DNA from: Lytechinus pictus
Lineage: Eukaryota
Reading direction: 5' to 3'
DNA: 64,000 nt
Assembly (NCBI RefSeq): GCF_037042905.1
Contig: NC_087249.1
Location: forward strand, 51,026,001 to 51,090,000
Shown: positions 1 to 11,967 of the stretch, piece after piece
Position numbering within the stretch: the first letter of the stretch is position 1
Layout: each line of letters begins with the position of its first letter
Position numbers and translations under genes: made by a program
The notes under the pieces: generated by a model
Databases searched by the model: none
The model's input: the letters and a program-made list of their open reading frames with translations, nothing else
Told to the model about the DNA's origin: nothing

Positions 1-1181
1 TCCGTTGTTTGTGGTCTTTAACATTCTTAACGGCGGCCTCTTGTGTTGGGCATGGTGAGAAGTCTCAGGAACATGAGGAACGGCTAAGGTCTGACCAATA
101 CTGTTGAAGGAGCTTTTCTTCCTAGATATTTCTTGCCGGTTTGTTGGTAGACTTTGGTGGTGAAGTTTCCATGCGTTTCATTGAGTTGCTTAATGCCTGA
201 CCAACATTATGAAATGAATGGGAGTCTCTGCTCTAAATACTTTGTAATCATCGCTACAAGGAGACTTTGGGAATGCATGTTTCATGTCTTTACAAGGAGT
301 AGTTAGCGTTTTGGAAGAGTTTCTTATTCGTGCTTTCCTGTCATCAATTGCTTACTGCTTGACTTAAAAAGTACTAACGAAAGGGTTGGCCTTTATTTGA
401 CCACCAAGACTCTGGATGGATCATGTGGACCTTCGGTTGTTGAGGGTTAGGTAACAGTCATTCAGAGCGCTTTTGTTGTGTAGGATTCCTGACCACTCAT
501 CAAGGGGTGGTTGATAACTGACCAACATCTCTACCCTCGATGTTTCATTACTGGGAGACTTTAGATGTTGATGTCTCAATGAACTTTTAATGTTTCGTCA
601 ACATTCGTGAAGGGGTTTCTGTTCTTAATGGTTTATTAAAGTTGTTAGAGGAAGGTGGACTTTAGAGCTAGAAGTTTCCTGCCGTATTTGACCGACAGAT
701 TTGGTAGCACTTCATTCTCAATACTTTGTTGCCTTCTTTACCATGGTTACTAAATAACTTTGGATGATACACTTTCCAGACGTTTTTTTTTAAAGCACTT
801 GATGGGAGTTCTGTGCTGTTGTTTTTTCTTCCTCTTCTTTTTAAAGGATCATTACCATGGTATGTGAAAGGCATTGCTCATGTCTTGTCTCAATATCTGG
901 ATGCCTTCGAGTTTGGTGAATGTTTTTGTGGAGGATGCTGGGACTTCGGGATCTCACACGTCAACATAGCTGTAGTTGGTTTGGTGATGAATACCAACTG
1001 CTACTGTAATGGCTCAAGGTAGTCAATGGTTCTTGCTGATGCGATGTGAACTCCGTTCAGGACTGAGGCAGAACCATCTATCTTTTACCCTGCTTCCACA
1101 TAAACGACCTCTTAGTAGTCCATTCTGGGTTCCAAGCATGAGACCAGGTCTTCTTACTCCATCCTCACCGACCTCTTGCAT

Positions 1182-2136
1182 TCAGTAGCAGGCAGTGATA
1201 GTTTCGATTTGGTGGAGGATTTCTTCCATGCTCTGTGGCCTCTCAAGTGGATCCTGCTTTGAGCAACTGTCTGCAAGCACCTGTACCTCTTTCACCTCGA
1301 TCTTTTTCGCGATAGACCTGAGGAGCACCCCGAAGGAAAAGATATCGGATGCCACTGAGTATCGTTCCCCATACAGGACAACTTCAGGAGCCAAGAAATA
1401 ACAACCCTTGCCAGCTCTGTATTCGGCCTTTTTCTCCTCAGAGAATCGCTTCTGGTTGGCATAGGCGATGGTGCTGACCAGTCCGAGATCGATGATGACG
1501 GCGTGCCACCGCCTGCTTCGCTTCTCCAACAGGACATTGTTTGATTTCAAGTCGTTATGAAGGAATCCTCTCTCATGGAGCTCCATGATGCCTTTGATGA
1601 TGTCTTGGCAGACCTTGAACAGGTTGTTCACGTCAAGTCGTGGGTTGGGCATGAAGCGAGTGAGAGCTTGATACAGTGGGTAGGTCTTCCCAGTCGCTCT
1701 ATCGCCTATGAAATCCATCACAGTGCACAGGTTTTCATCAATGGTGACCATACCCAGTATCTTGGGGAAGTATGTTGAACCTGACAGCAATTGCTGCAGC
1801 ATTGATTCCTTCACGGCCCTTCCCTTCATCAGGTGCTTCTCTTCCTTGACCAAATCTCCGCAATAGCTTGTCGGCAAGGTCGGTTTCTTGATGGCGATGT
1901 TTTGTCCATCTTCAGCATATCGACCAAGGTAAACCATTCCGTAGGTGCCTTTGCCGAGGATTCGCATGTCGCCAAGATCTCCTGGTAGCTTGTAACCAGG
2001 GAAGGGTAGAATGTCTTCAACGTCAAGGACATCACAGCGGATGTTAGGCATTGATGCAATGGCAGCATGATCGACGGTATTCCTCACTCTGTATCGAAAG
2101 CCACCTCGTTTCTTCCTCAAGCAATTTGTCTTCAGG
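1182..2136 (-). CDS. Last coding exon: complete protein kinase domain
   Basis: Motifs GKGTYG, IAIK, alphaC Glu (KESML), HNDLKSNN, IIDLG, APE, SDIFSFG, RP. Acceptor aaacag|C at 2137 is phase 2, matching the upstream exon ending AT. Confidence 0.92.
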
Positions 2137-5100
2137 CTGTTTTGTGTAAAACAAGATAATAAAAATACTAAGTTAACATTAAAATTAGATCGATCCCAAC
2201 TTGTCAAGTTACCTTTGAAAGAGTAATATCAAACATATTTCATGCGCAGCAATATCTTAAAGAAATAACTTTAGGGTATGAGACGCCCCCAACCCTCTTC
2301 CACTCCATTCCTGAAAAGTTTTTGTTACCCCCCCCCCCCATTTTTTTTTTTATTGCTCGATGACTCAAATTTTTGTTGGCAAAAGGTGAAAATATCTTAC
2401 ATTTCAACGAGATCCCGGAGACGTTGAATCAGGGTCTCCTTTCTGGAGTTGTCAAGCTTGAGGATCTTGATGTCGTTCTGAAGCTCTCTCCTGGAAGCCT
2501 TCTGCCTCTCCACACGATCTTTATCCATCCTCTCCGACTGCTGGAGCTGCTCCACCCGGTCTGCCATCAGGGTGAGCTTGGCTTCCAGAAGACTGTGCAT
2601 GGGAGGTGTGATGGTCAAGAAAGGTGTGTAAACGCAGTCACTTGCGTAGTCGTGCATGTAGGTAATATTATTATTAGTAGTATCGCACATGCAAAAGTTA
2701 GAATAAAAAATATCATGCACATCAAGAGGAAGGAGAGATAGTTACAAAGAAAGAGAGGGGAGAGAGAGAGAGAGCGGGGAGAGAAAGAAGAGATGGGAAG
2801 GGGTGAGAAAAAGATGGAAGAGAGAGGGGAGGCAGAGGAGGCAAGAAAGAGGGGTAAGAGAAAGAGGGAGGGAGAGAAACGGAGTCGGAAGAAACAGGGG
2901 AATCGATATAGGTTTAGCTAATACAACGATTAAACAAAGAAAAGATGGAGATGGATTTAATTCGAAAATAGGAATTTGAGATCATTATTGATATAAATAT
3001 GGATTTTAAAACAATTGCCCTCTTATATTGCGTAAAATAGCATCATCATTCAAAACATGATATGCAGTAGTTATATAAGAGATTATATCGTATGACTGAG
3101 TCTTGAGATCACACAGCATGCTATTAAATCAATAGTATTGTTTTTGTATTGCAGGGAACCAAAAGAAAGACTCATTAGCCGCTGTCTTCAACTCACCTTA
3201 TGGTGGCGCTCTTCTTTGCGAGATCACACTGCATCTCCTCTAGATTAGCTTTTGACACCTGCCAAGCAAAATCAATTTATATCTTCTATCACTTAAACAG
3301 TTAAAATAGATTATTGATATTGGCCTATTAGTCGTTCAATATACAAGGGTAAATCATAACATTCAAGAAGAAAATTGTGAAATTCATCAGGGCTGAAAAT
3401 TTCGTTACTGACACGAAAAATGAGAAAAGTTTTCACAACATTCGATTGTTAATTGATTTGTGTTTTTCTAATTGCTGAACTAAGTATTTTTTCTTTCTAT
3501 TAGGAAGAAGAGATTTAGAATACACCCAGATAAAAGTGATTGATGGTAATTCCATTTTGGACTTTGTTTGAATTCGAAGATTCATTATCGATTGACATTG
3601 ATTTATGTTTATTGAAAATAAATTGAAGATAATATCATGATAAAAAATTAAGTCTTTTGGATTCTATGTAATCCAGAATTCGATTGGCCGTAACGCAGTC
3701 AACCAAGATACATGTTTAAGCCATGCAACTCAGAATGTTCTTCGTATCATTTATGTTGCTGATGTTGTTATTATTTGACTGTAATGGTCTCCTTTTTCAT
3801 TTCTTCTTTTTGATCTCCATCTTCTTGTCACCTACTTTTCTTCTCTTCTTTTTCTTCTTCTTCTTCGCCTTCTTCTCCTTTCTCTTCTTCTTCCCTCTTC
3901 TTCTTCTTTTCTTTTTCTTTTCCTCCTCGTTCTTCTTCTACTTCTTCTTTCTTTCTCTTCTTCTTCTTCTTTCTCCTCCTCCTCTTCTTCCTCCGCCCTT
4001 TTCTTCCTCTTCTTTTGCTAGTTCTCCTAATTCTTGATATCATACCCTCTTTCTTCTTTTCTCCAAAAGAGATATTTAAAAAAAAAACATTTTCTTACTA
4101 GGATATCTTTGACCTATCATACCTGCTGTTCTGGTGCCCTTCTCCACCATCTCAGACGAAGTTTCTTCTTCCCTTTCTTCTTTGACTCAGCAGCAAGGAG
4201 CTGAAGGTCCTCAAGAGATGACATCAAAGACTCTATCTGGGTTTTGAGATCCTGAAATGCAATCACATTAATAAGAGAGCCTCTGAACACGGCGGTCTAA
4301 ACATCACGTTTCATTTTAAAACAAAATAACAGAATAATTATACATAGGATTAATATAGGGTTTTGTAGGCGTTCACCCTTTATCACAAGTGCAATTTAGA
4401 AATGTATTGTGTATCTTGCTCTTCCATTTAGCTTTGTAATAATCTAGTGTTAAAAGGAAAATTTAGTTGAAGCTTAATTCTTGAATCTTGAAACTTGTAA
4501 TGCTTTAATTACAAAAACTTTTTTTTTTAAACCTTTTGAAATTAGAAAAAGAACACTCTAAAAACACTGAGTAAAATTTTACCCAACATTGGGTAGAAAG
4601 GGAACATATATGTTTGCTGGATATTTTTTTTAACCCATATTGGGCTAAATGCATGTTTTAAGGGTAAAATTCAACGCAACTTCGCGTAAAATTTACAAAA
4701 TATTTGGTATCGTTATAACCATGGACCTATTTCCATGTTATATATTCCCAACCAACATGCATGTACCCATTTTACCCAATATTTGATCAACCTTTTTTTT
4801 TAAGTGTGAGGAGAAAAACTCCCCCCATATATCATTTTGTCATATAAATTCACTTTTGATTTCAATGGGTTTTTTTTTTTTCAATACAAAAAAAATAAAA
4901 AATAAAGTAATTCTTCACTCTCTTGAATGTTTTTTTTTTTTTACAAAAGCCGATATACAGTGTATCATGTGTATAAAATGGGATCAAAAAACTTACACCG
5001 GTTGCTGTCCACAGAGAACCAGAACCTTCATGAACATTACACCTAAGATTGCATAAGAAACAACCAATCATATAGTTTTGAACTAACAACAACAATTTAA

Positions 5101-8100
5101 CATCAGATAAAAATAGCCGTGTTTCCATGTACCTTGATCTCTTTGTTCTTGGCCGTGATCGAATCACGGGCAGCTAGCCGATGTCGCTCACGATCTCGAA
5201 GTTCTTCCTGGAGATCATTGAATGACCGTCGGAGTCGGGAGACGACATCGACGTTGGCGATCTCGGGTGCGAAGTCGAGCCCGACATCGGCAGCGAGACA
5301 CTACATGAGCAAGACGTAACAAAGAAATTCAGTTACGGGCATTTGTTTGAATGTACTGATTAAAGTTATCGTCTGTACTTTTATAATTATAATCATAATT
5401 GATTATATTTTGTCAATAATTACACACAAGTACTATCAAAGTAAATTATAAATCCAAAATTCATTATTCATAATTCAAATAATATTTTAAAGTATAAAAA
5501 TACTGTTTTATGTACCTAAAGTAACAAAATATATTTCCGAAATAAGACAGAAAGTATTAAAACAGTTTCCATGATAAGAAAAAAAAAAGTATTTGAATCT
5601 TTCTCCATAATCCGACAACGTACAGTATATTTAAGTATTATTCCATAATCAGACAAAGAGTATAAAAGTATGTTTGTCGTAATTAAACGAAATGGAGGTC
5701 GAAATCATTAAAAGAAATGGAAAAGCAAAAGGGTAAATCGTAATCCACATTTTTTTTCACCAAAATCTTATGGAGGCTATTTATGTTGTTTCGTTTCAAT
5801 TACCAACACAATCAAAGATATTTCATATCAATAAAGTCAATCATATAAAATTAACGCAGAAATATACCTTGATATTCTGTGCCTGTGTTTTCACATCCAC
5901 CTCAAGTTGTTGAAGTCGATCATTGGCTTGCTGGATAAATTAAAACAAAAGCAAGATTTGCGTAAAGAGATAATTATCAGAACATAATTACTCTATATTG
6001 ACTTGAATCTATTACAGTTCTGACAGTTCCGTCAATTAATTAACAATATGAGTACAGAAATGAATATATTTAAATCAATAATAATTATGATTTGAAAATA
6101 CGTGTAGGCTTACAGTAATATTTAATTGAATAGAAGCAGGTAATATAAATAGTATAACAACATGTAACATTTGTGGGGAAGTTGAAACCACTTTTCATTT
6201 CATTCATACTCTATTGTAAACATGTTCGACTATTTTGAAAGATTGTTTGTTTATCTATATATATATATATATATATATTCGGCAGTTGTAAGGATGACAG
6301 TCTTACCTTTAGTTCTAGGTCCAGTTCATCGTTCTGAGCTTGGACCTGGTCCCAAGATTGTCTGAGGCTCTCGGCCAGGACCTGAGGGGTCTTGGAAGTG
6401 GATCCTGAGATCAACCTGATCGGATCAACGAGGGTCTGAGGAACAAATAGGGTTCAAGGGAAAACGGAGAAAAAAACTCATTTATTAGACGAGCAAAGCC
6501 CCATATGAAATTCAAATAACTTGTGGAATTAAGATAAAAGTGACGATGGTGATAAGACGAGAGGTGTCAATACAACGGAAGCATGAACAGTTTCTAATAT
6601 TAGAAGGTATAAATTGTTAAGCATAAATGAAAGGACTCTATAAAGAATGGAAAAGCCCTTATGTCAAGAATTGGCACCATAAAACGATTATTGCTGTTCA
6701 TCGTCTTCATCATTGTCATTAACATGAAAAAACCTCATACATTTTGGAAAATTCGAAGTAAAATAAAAATTACAGCATTTCCAGCATTTGATGTGGCAGG
6801 CCTACAATTAAAAGGAACCCAAAAAGATGACTAGGGCCTATATGTTGTTTTATTATTTCAAATCGAATATAAAATAGACCGACACCTAGTCATATTTTAC
6901 TCAGTAAGAATTTTAGTCCTGATTATTCAATGCAATGTCTCATTCACAAAACCTTGTATTGCACTCCCTTACTTCTTCTTATTCCTCTTTTTCTTTATTC
7001 TCCTTCTCTGCCTTCCCCTTTATCCTGTTTCCCCCTTCTTTTCGCTTGTCACACTTTTTTCCTCCTCCTATTTCTCTTCATCAAGTTCACTCTTTCTATC
7101 TCCCCTCTATCCTTTCTTCACTTCAGCTGTAAGGGTGTGTGCTTAATCTATTTCAATTTTCTTTTCTGCAATCACCAATGTATAATCGTTTTATGTAAAT
7201 TTGATTGTGATATGTTATATAATGTGTATCTGTAATTATTTCATTAGTCCTGTACTTCGTCCTAAAAAAACGAGTAACCTGGACTTATTTTCATTGTTTG
7301 TAACTTCCCTTTGTTTTGTTTTGAATAAAGGTGATATTAAAAAAAAAAAGTCCTGCTGGTTTTATGTAGATCAGTTATTTCAATGCAAATTTTCACCTTG
7401 ATTTGGTCAGCCATCTTGTTCTTCATGGTTGTATATCTCCGTTTCCAGGTGGCTCTTGCCTCGGAGCGCCAGTCACCGAGGGCCTTACGGGCCTCGAGGA
7501 GTTTCTCAGCTGCACCTTCTGGCGAAGATTCTTCTGTCGCCTCCGAGATAGAACAGGCGGCTTTGATCAGGGTCTAAAAAAATATTTTTTTTAAATCCCA
7601 AAATGAATTCTTTTACAAAATAACCTAAAAATTAAGAATGAAAACGAAAAACTGGATGATTTTGAAAGGATGGTTTACGCATTCGGTTTTTTAACCATTA
7701 GCTTTTTACCCCTGTCAAATATAACGAACATTATTTTTTATAGTAGCAATTTGAAAAAAAATATACATTTACAACACTAATGGTGTTTGGATTTTTAAAT
7801 ATATATTATTCATTGTTGTTTGATAATAATCTATTTGATTGTCCACTATTCAATTTTAAAGGCAAAGACCTTCCGTACCTTATAATATCGTATTAATAGT
7901 TTGAAATGTTATTTTCTATATTTTCTTTTATTTTCATTTTTTGCATTTTTTTGTATTTGCTTGTTTCTTTGGTTGTGTGTGTGTTAGTTTGCTTGTTTGT
8001 TTGTTTGTATTAGGGTGAGCTATTTGTTCAGATCATCCTGTTTAGTTAGTTTTTATCGTTACAAATTTTATATCGAACTAGTGCATACCGTCTTCTGGGT

Positions 8101-9501
8101 GTTTTATGAAAAGGGGAGAAATTGTTTACTGAAGAAAAACATACTTTGACATGGGCCTGAGCCGTAGTCTTTTGTTCAGCCGTCTGCCGAAGCTCTTCTC
8201 TGAGACCGCCGGTCTCTGCCTCTTTTTGCTGCCATAGTTCCTGGAGAGTCTTTGCCAAGACTTCGGGGGAGCTGTCGGCAGGAATCCCGGTGAGTTCTTG
8301 GACGATTTGCAGAAGAGGGCTGAAATGCTAAATGATTTCACCAAAAAGCAAACGTTCATATGCATGACAACTGACAAGACTAATAAATAGCCCTCTATAA
8401 CTGGTGTTTATGGTTATTTTTTGCGATTTGCCATGTCAATGCAAACTACATTATATAACATAATTATGATAGCAATTTAATAAAGTATATTAGAAAAAAG
8501 GTAATTTGAACACGCATGAAACAATAAATACATTAATGAATAAGTAAATAAAAAAATAGAAATCACGGATAATAATGATAGCAGTGAAAATCAACGGTAA
8601 ATTAATCATAAGTAAAATTACTTCAAGCCATGTATATGGTCATAAATAAGAGTATTTTCTCTTTCCTAGTTTTCTTGGTCATAAACTGAAAGCAACAAAA
8701 AAATCATAATCGTCAACATGAAAATATTGAGTATAATACCTGCCTAAAATATTCTACTTTGGTCTATCATTATCAATTAGCCCTAAACTCATGTTAATAA
8801 TATCCCATGCCAACTCAAGTTATATAGGGGTAAAATCAATCAAATCTATATACCTTCTGCAAAAACATATTGCTCTGAAACTCAGCATCTCCGGATTGGG
8901 TTGGCGGTTCGACCCCAGATGCTGTTGTCTGGGTTGCCTTCTCGAGACTAGCCATTGCTACTTTCTCCGGAGTCTGAGTTTCGGCATCTCCACGTTGGGA
9001 CGGATGCTCAACCTCAAACTTTTGAGTCTGAGGCCGAGCCTCGGTTGAATCCAAATCAGAATGAGTCTGCCCTTCCACATGCTCATGAGCGAGAGTCTCT
9101 GCGATGAGTCCAGGCTTTGTCCCATTCTGAAGGCAGTCTCCTACTGTGGTGAGTTGAGTAACGGTCTCATCCATGAGACCGATGCTGCTACCATGGCTAC
9201 TGGCAGATGACTCAATAGGTAATTGAGTCAGTTCTTCCACAGGCTCATGAGTGAGAGTCTCTGTGTTGAGATCGGACTTTGTCTCATCTCCAACTGGAAT
9301 AACAGTGCCGTGTGCAGCGGTCTTGGTCTTGAGACTGATGCTGCCACTCGCTTCTGAATCCATACCAGACTGAGTGTGTCCTTTCACAGGCTCGTAATTA
9401 AGAGTCTCTGTGTTGAGTCCAGTCCGGGAAAGGGACTCGGCAAGCTCGATCTTCTGAGTGAGAGTTCCTGATAGATCCATGATTGATCCCTGTACATTCA
9501 T
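1182..9501 (-). CDS. Multi-exon gene: N-terminal S/T/E-rich repeats + coiled-coil + C-terminal Ser/Thr-type protein kinase (901 aa predicted); join 9501-8854, 8327-8145, 7573-7397, 6435-6307, 5930-5868, 5300-5133, 4251-4123, 3258-3197, 2592-2401, 2136-1182
   Basis: Ten exons, each bounded by AG/GT, join in compatible phases (0,0,0,0,0,0,0,2,2) into one uninterrupted 2706-nt ORF ending TGA at 1182. Exons are GC-richer than the flanking introns. Confidence 0.8.
2401..2592 (-). CDS. Kinase gene exon 9 (coiled-coil, LLEAKLTLMADRVEQ...RLRDLVE)
   Basis: Acceptor cacag|T, donor AT|gtaaga, 192 nt, heptad-like helical sequence. Confidence 0.85.
2725..2900. repeat. GA-rich low-complexity tract
   Basis: (GA)n/GGA runs. 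Confidence 0.85.
3197..3258 (-). CDS. Kinase gene exon 8 (VSKANLEEMQCDLAKKSATI)
   Basis: Acceptor ttggcag|GTG, donor AG|gtgagt, 62 nt; supplies the required phase 0 to phase 2 shift. Confidence 0.8.
3795..4020. repeat. (TTC/TCC)n degenerate microsatellite
   Basis: Direct reading; explains spurious ORFs 3723-4037 and 3828-4043. Confidence 0.9.
4123..4251 (-). CDS. Kinase gene exon 7 (DLKTQIESL...KKKGKKKLRLRWWRRAPEQQ)
   Basis: Acceptor tttcag|GAT, donor CAG|gtatga, 129 nt, phase 0/0. Confidence 0.82.
4553..4808. mobile_element. Degenerate MITE with CACT-type termini (CACTA/EnSpm-like)
   Basis: cactctaaaaa...ttttttaagtgtg ends with internal inverted tacccaa/ttgggta subrepeats. Similar ends occur at ~32310-32500 and ~47545-47655. 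Confidence 0.45.
5133..5300 (-). CDS. Kinase gene exon 6 (CLAADVGLDF...KNKEIK)
   Basis: Acceptor atgtag|TGT, donor AAG|gtacat, 168 nt, phase 0/0, CpG-rich. Confidence 0.8.
5868..5930 (-). CDS. Kinase gene exon 5 (QANDRLQQLEVDVKTQAQNIK)
   Basis: Acceptor atccag|CAA, donor AAG|gtatat, 63 nt, phase 0/0. Confidence 0.75.
6307..6435 (-). CDS. Kinase gene exon 4 (TLVDPIRLISG...ELDLELK)
   Basis: Acceptor ttcctcag|ACC, donor AAG|gtaaga, 129 nt, phase 0/0. Confidence 0.82.
7397..7573 (-). CDS. Kinase gene exon 3 (TLIKAACSISE...KMADQIK)
   Basis: Acceptor tttttag|ACC, donor AAG|gtgaaa, 177 nt, phase 0/0. Confidence 0.82.
8145..8327 (-). CDS. Kinase gene exon 2 (HFSPLLQIVQELTG...QAHVK)
   Basis: Acceptor catttag|CAT keeps the frame (a second AG 8 nt downstream would not), donor AAA|gtatgt, 183 nt. 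Confidence 0.75.
8854..9501 (-). CDS. Kinase gene first coding exon (216 aa, low-complexity S/T/E-rich with three internal repeats)
   Basis: ATG at 9501 (alternative 9480) follows an in-frame stop. The exon begins at acceptor tttcag| 9629; donor AAG|gtatat at 8853. Confidence 0.72.
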
Positions 9502-9722
9502 ATGCTCAAGAATGTGAGTCTATATCTGTACTAGTTGATCCTCAGTCTGAATCTGTAAGTCTCTATCTATGCAGATAGATTTGAGACAGCTTCCGTCCCA
9601 AGGATTTAGTGATACCACCCGAAAAATTCCTGAAATCAAAGGGACATGAAAACATTGTGAAATGGCATGGAAGAAGACACATCCAATATCAAGGAAATTT
9701 TGAACGAATGCATTATTTATTA

Positions 9723-9969
9723 CAGTGGCGTGATGAGCCAAATTTTTTGAGGGGGGGGGCTAGATATGGCGTATCTTGTCAATTTTTTTTTTTTTTTGTT
9801 GCAAGCGAGCAAAAATTTCGACGTTTTTATTACAAAAGTACAAATTTGTTATAGATTTTGCGATAATATTCAGAATATGATATATTCCATCCTTCTGTTT
9901 TTCCTTTTCTTTTTTTTTCTTGGTCGTGAAAAATTTGGGGGAGCCCCCCCCCTTATCTGATGGCCACTG
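9723..9969. mobile_element. Non-autonomous DNA transposon (CAGTGGC...GCCACTG termini, hAT-like)
   Basis: Short terminal inverted repeat and G/C homopolymer subterminal runs; a related copy lies at ~60693-60947. Confidence 0.6.
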
Positions 9970-10437
9970 ATTTATAGTTTGACCATAAAACATGCACCTA
10001 GTGCCGCTAAACTACACATTGAGCATAATGAGGATAATCACTATAATCTATCTTGAATAAAAGTTATCATGAAAACTACTTTACTTAAATCTGTTTTGTT
10101 ATGCATGTAAGGTTGTCCTTTTACTGACAGGTTTATAATAAGTTTTGAGATCAACTGACTAACAGTAATCTGCAGTTCAAACTTCAGAAATACTATTTTT
10201 ATTTTATTTTTTTGTTTAATACAAACACGTTCAAGTTAGCGTGATGTGCCAATCCTGAATGAACGATACAGATACAGAACACACACATCATGCAAATATT
10301 CGTACTTTTTGTAAGTCATCAAACCTGCAAGGGATTTTAAGTTTTCATTGAATAACACGACATCAAAATCAAACGAAACACTCAATACCACCATAGTTAA
10401 ACATTAAAAAATAAGGATAAAAATAATTTTTAATTAC

Positions 10438-10560
10438 CTGAATTTAAAGTTTTTAACTATCAGAAATATATGGCAGGTTTTATCACTTCCAAAATCGCTT
10501 GAAAGAGACGTAAAAGCTGTGGGAATTCTCGAAAAATCACCAGAATAGCAACACGAATGC
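10438..10560 (-). other. Probable non-coding first exon of the kinase gene (5' limit approximate)
   Basis: Donor CAG|gtaatt at 10437 lies just downstream of a promoter-like motif cluster. Confidence 0.4.
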
Positions 10561-10609
10561 TACTAATTAAAGAGATAAGACAAGAATGACGTTTGTTGAT
10601 TTTGCAGGG

Positions 10610-10810
10610 ATCGAGCGAGCGGGGCTTAATTCACTGCGCATGCGTTGTAACTATAGGGAAAACTTTTAGCCAATCGCGCACTTTGGATGAGGTGAATCTA
10701 ATGAATATTCATATATTTATGTCAGCGCGTAACACTTTCGGCCAATTGAATCGTTGGCAAAACCAGTTTTCCCCGTACCAGGGCTAATGACGTCATAAAG
10801 CATTTCGCGC
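10610..10810 (-). promoter_or_regulatory. Putative proximal promoter of the kinase gene
   Basis: CpG-rich patch with NRF1-like TGCGCATGCG (10635-10644), CCAAT (10670 and 10742), palindrome ATGAATATTCAT (10701) and CRE TGACGTCA (10788-10795). Confidence 0.6.
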
Positions 10811-10880
10811 AAGGATTATGCTTTGAGAAATGACGAAACAATGGATATGAAAATATTATCCTATTTTTGTGTGTGTTGGG

Positions 10881-11158
10881 CAGTGGCGGATCCGGGGGGG
10901 GGCACAGCCAGACCGTGCCCCCCCCCCCCCTTGAGGGGCACAATTAAAATTTGTAATGTAAAAATGTCCTTTTTTTTTGCTTGTCAAGTTTTTTTCGTGG
11001 ATGAAATTTCCTTAATTTTCGGTTGAAAACATTTTTTTTGGGGGGGGGGCTTGACAAATTCTTTCGTGGACGAAATGTCCTTAATTTGTGGTTGAAAATC
11101 TTTTTTTTCATGTCAATTGTGCCCCCCCCCCCCTTGGAAAATCCTGGATCCGCCCCTG
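10881..11158. mobile_element. hAT-like MITE inserted just upstream of the kinase promoter
   Basis: TIR cagtggcggatcc / ggatccgcccctg; near-perfect 8-bp TSD gtgttggg / gtgtttgg; internal direct repeat. Confidence 0.8.
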
Positions 11159-11519
11159 GTGTTTGGTAACGGTCATACTACTGTTTCGGGTCTCCAACTA
11201 CATGTAGCTTCTATATTTGAGTTTGTTATTTAAAAAATAACATTTTACTCAACCTCATTCTGGAAACAATGAGAGCAATGCTATTATGGCAACAATCACA
11301 AACGGAAATGTTAGACTCTTAAAAAAAACGCTTTCGGGGATATAATTCTTCTCTTCATTTTCTTTCAAGGTATGTGATTTTTTTTTATTTAAAAAAAAAA
11401 AAAAAAAAAAATTGAGGACCTTTTATATTAAAAAAGGGGGATTTTTATTTCTATAACTTTTATTTGAATAATTATATTATGAAATGCATTTGTTAAGAGG
11501 ACATGACATATATAATCAT

Positions 11520-11967
11520 CAGTGGCCGAGCTCCTGAACTTCACTGACCCCATCTCTCTACACTCGTCTAGCTCTCTCACATCACTTAGTTCTTCAACAA
11601 CCTTGCAGCTAACACCAGGACCCCGAATGTTACCTAGTTATGGTGATCGAACCTTCTCTGTTCTTGCCCAAATCCAATGGAATAAATTGCCATAATGCAC
11701 ACATAATGCCAACTACCTCAATCAATTTAAGACCTTGCTAAAGACCCGCCTTTTTAATAATTAGATATTATTTTGTAGGTTGGTCTCTGTGGAAGTGCAC
11801 ATCAGTGGTTTCATTTTGTTTCTTTTTAACTTGAGATTATGTAATCCATTCATTCATTGATTCTATTGGTTGAACCTTTTTTTACATTCCAGGTAATTAA
11901 GAAGTAATCAGAAGTTTAGCGCTTAGGAAAATAGATCTGTATTAAGCGCCTTATAAATACTATTATC
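11520..11967 (+). mobile_element. 5'-truncated L2-clade LINE remnant (ORF2 C-terminus + 3' tail)
   Basis: Decayed translation YGDRTFSVLAQIQWNKLP*...QFKTLLKTRLF matches the L2 ORF2 C-terminal pattern. Tail gcgcttagg...aagcgccttataaatactattat. Confidence 0.7.

Noticed and set aside
1023-1181. In-frame ATG immediately after the kinase TGA, opening ~52 more codons (readthrough or selenocysteine?)
   Set aside because: The kinase domain is already complete, the context is not the TGA-CTA readthrough motif, no SECIS was identified, and this length is compatible with chance.
1182-2207. Stand-alone 341-aa kinase ORF as in the ORF track
   Set aside because: It starts at a non-ATG codon inside intron-like sequence; a phase-compatible acceptor at 2137 links it to upstream exons.
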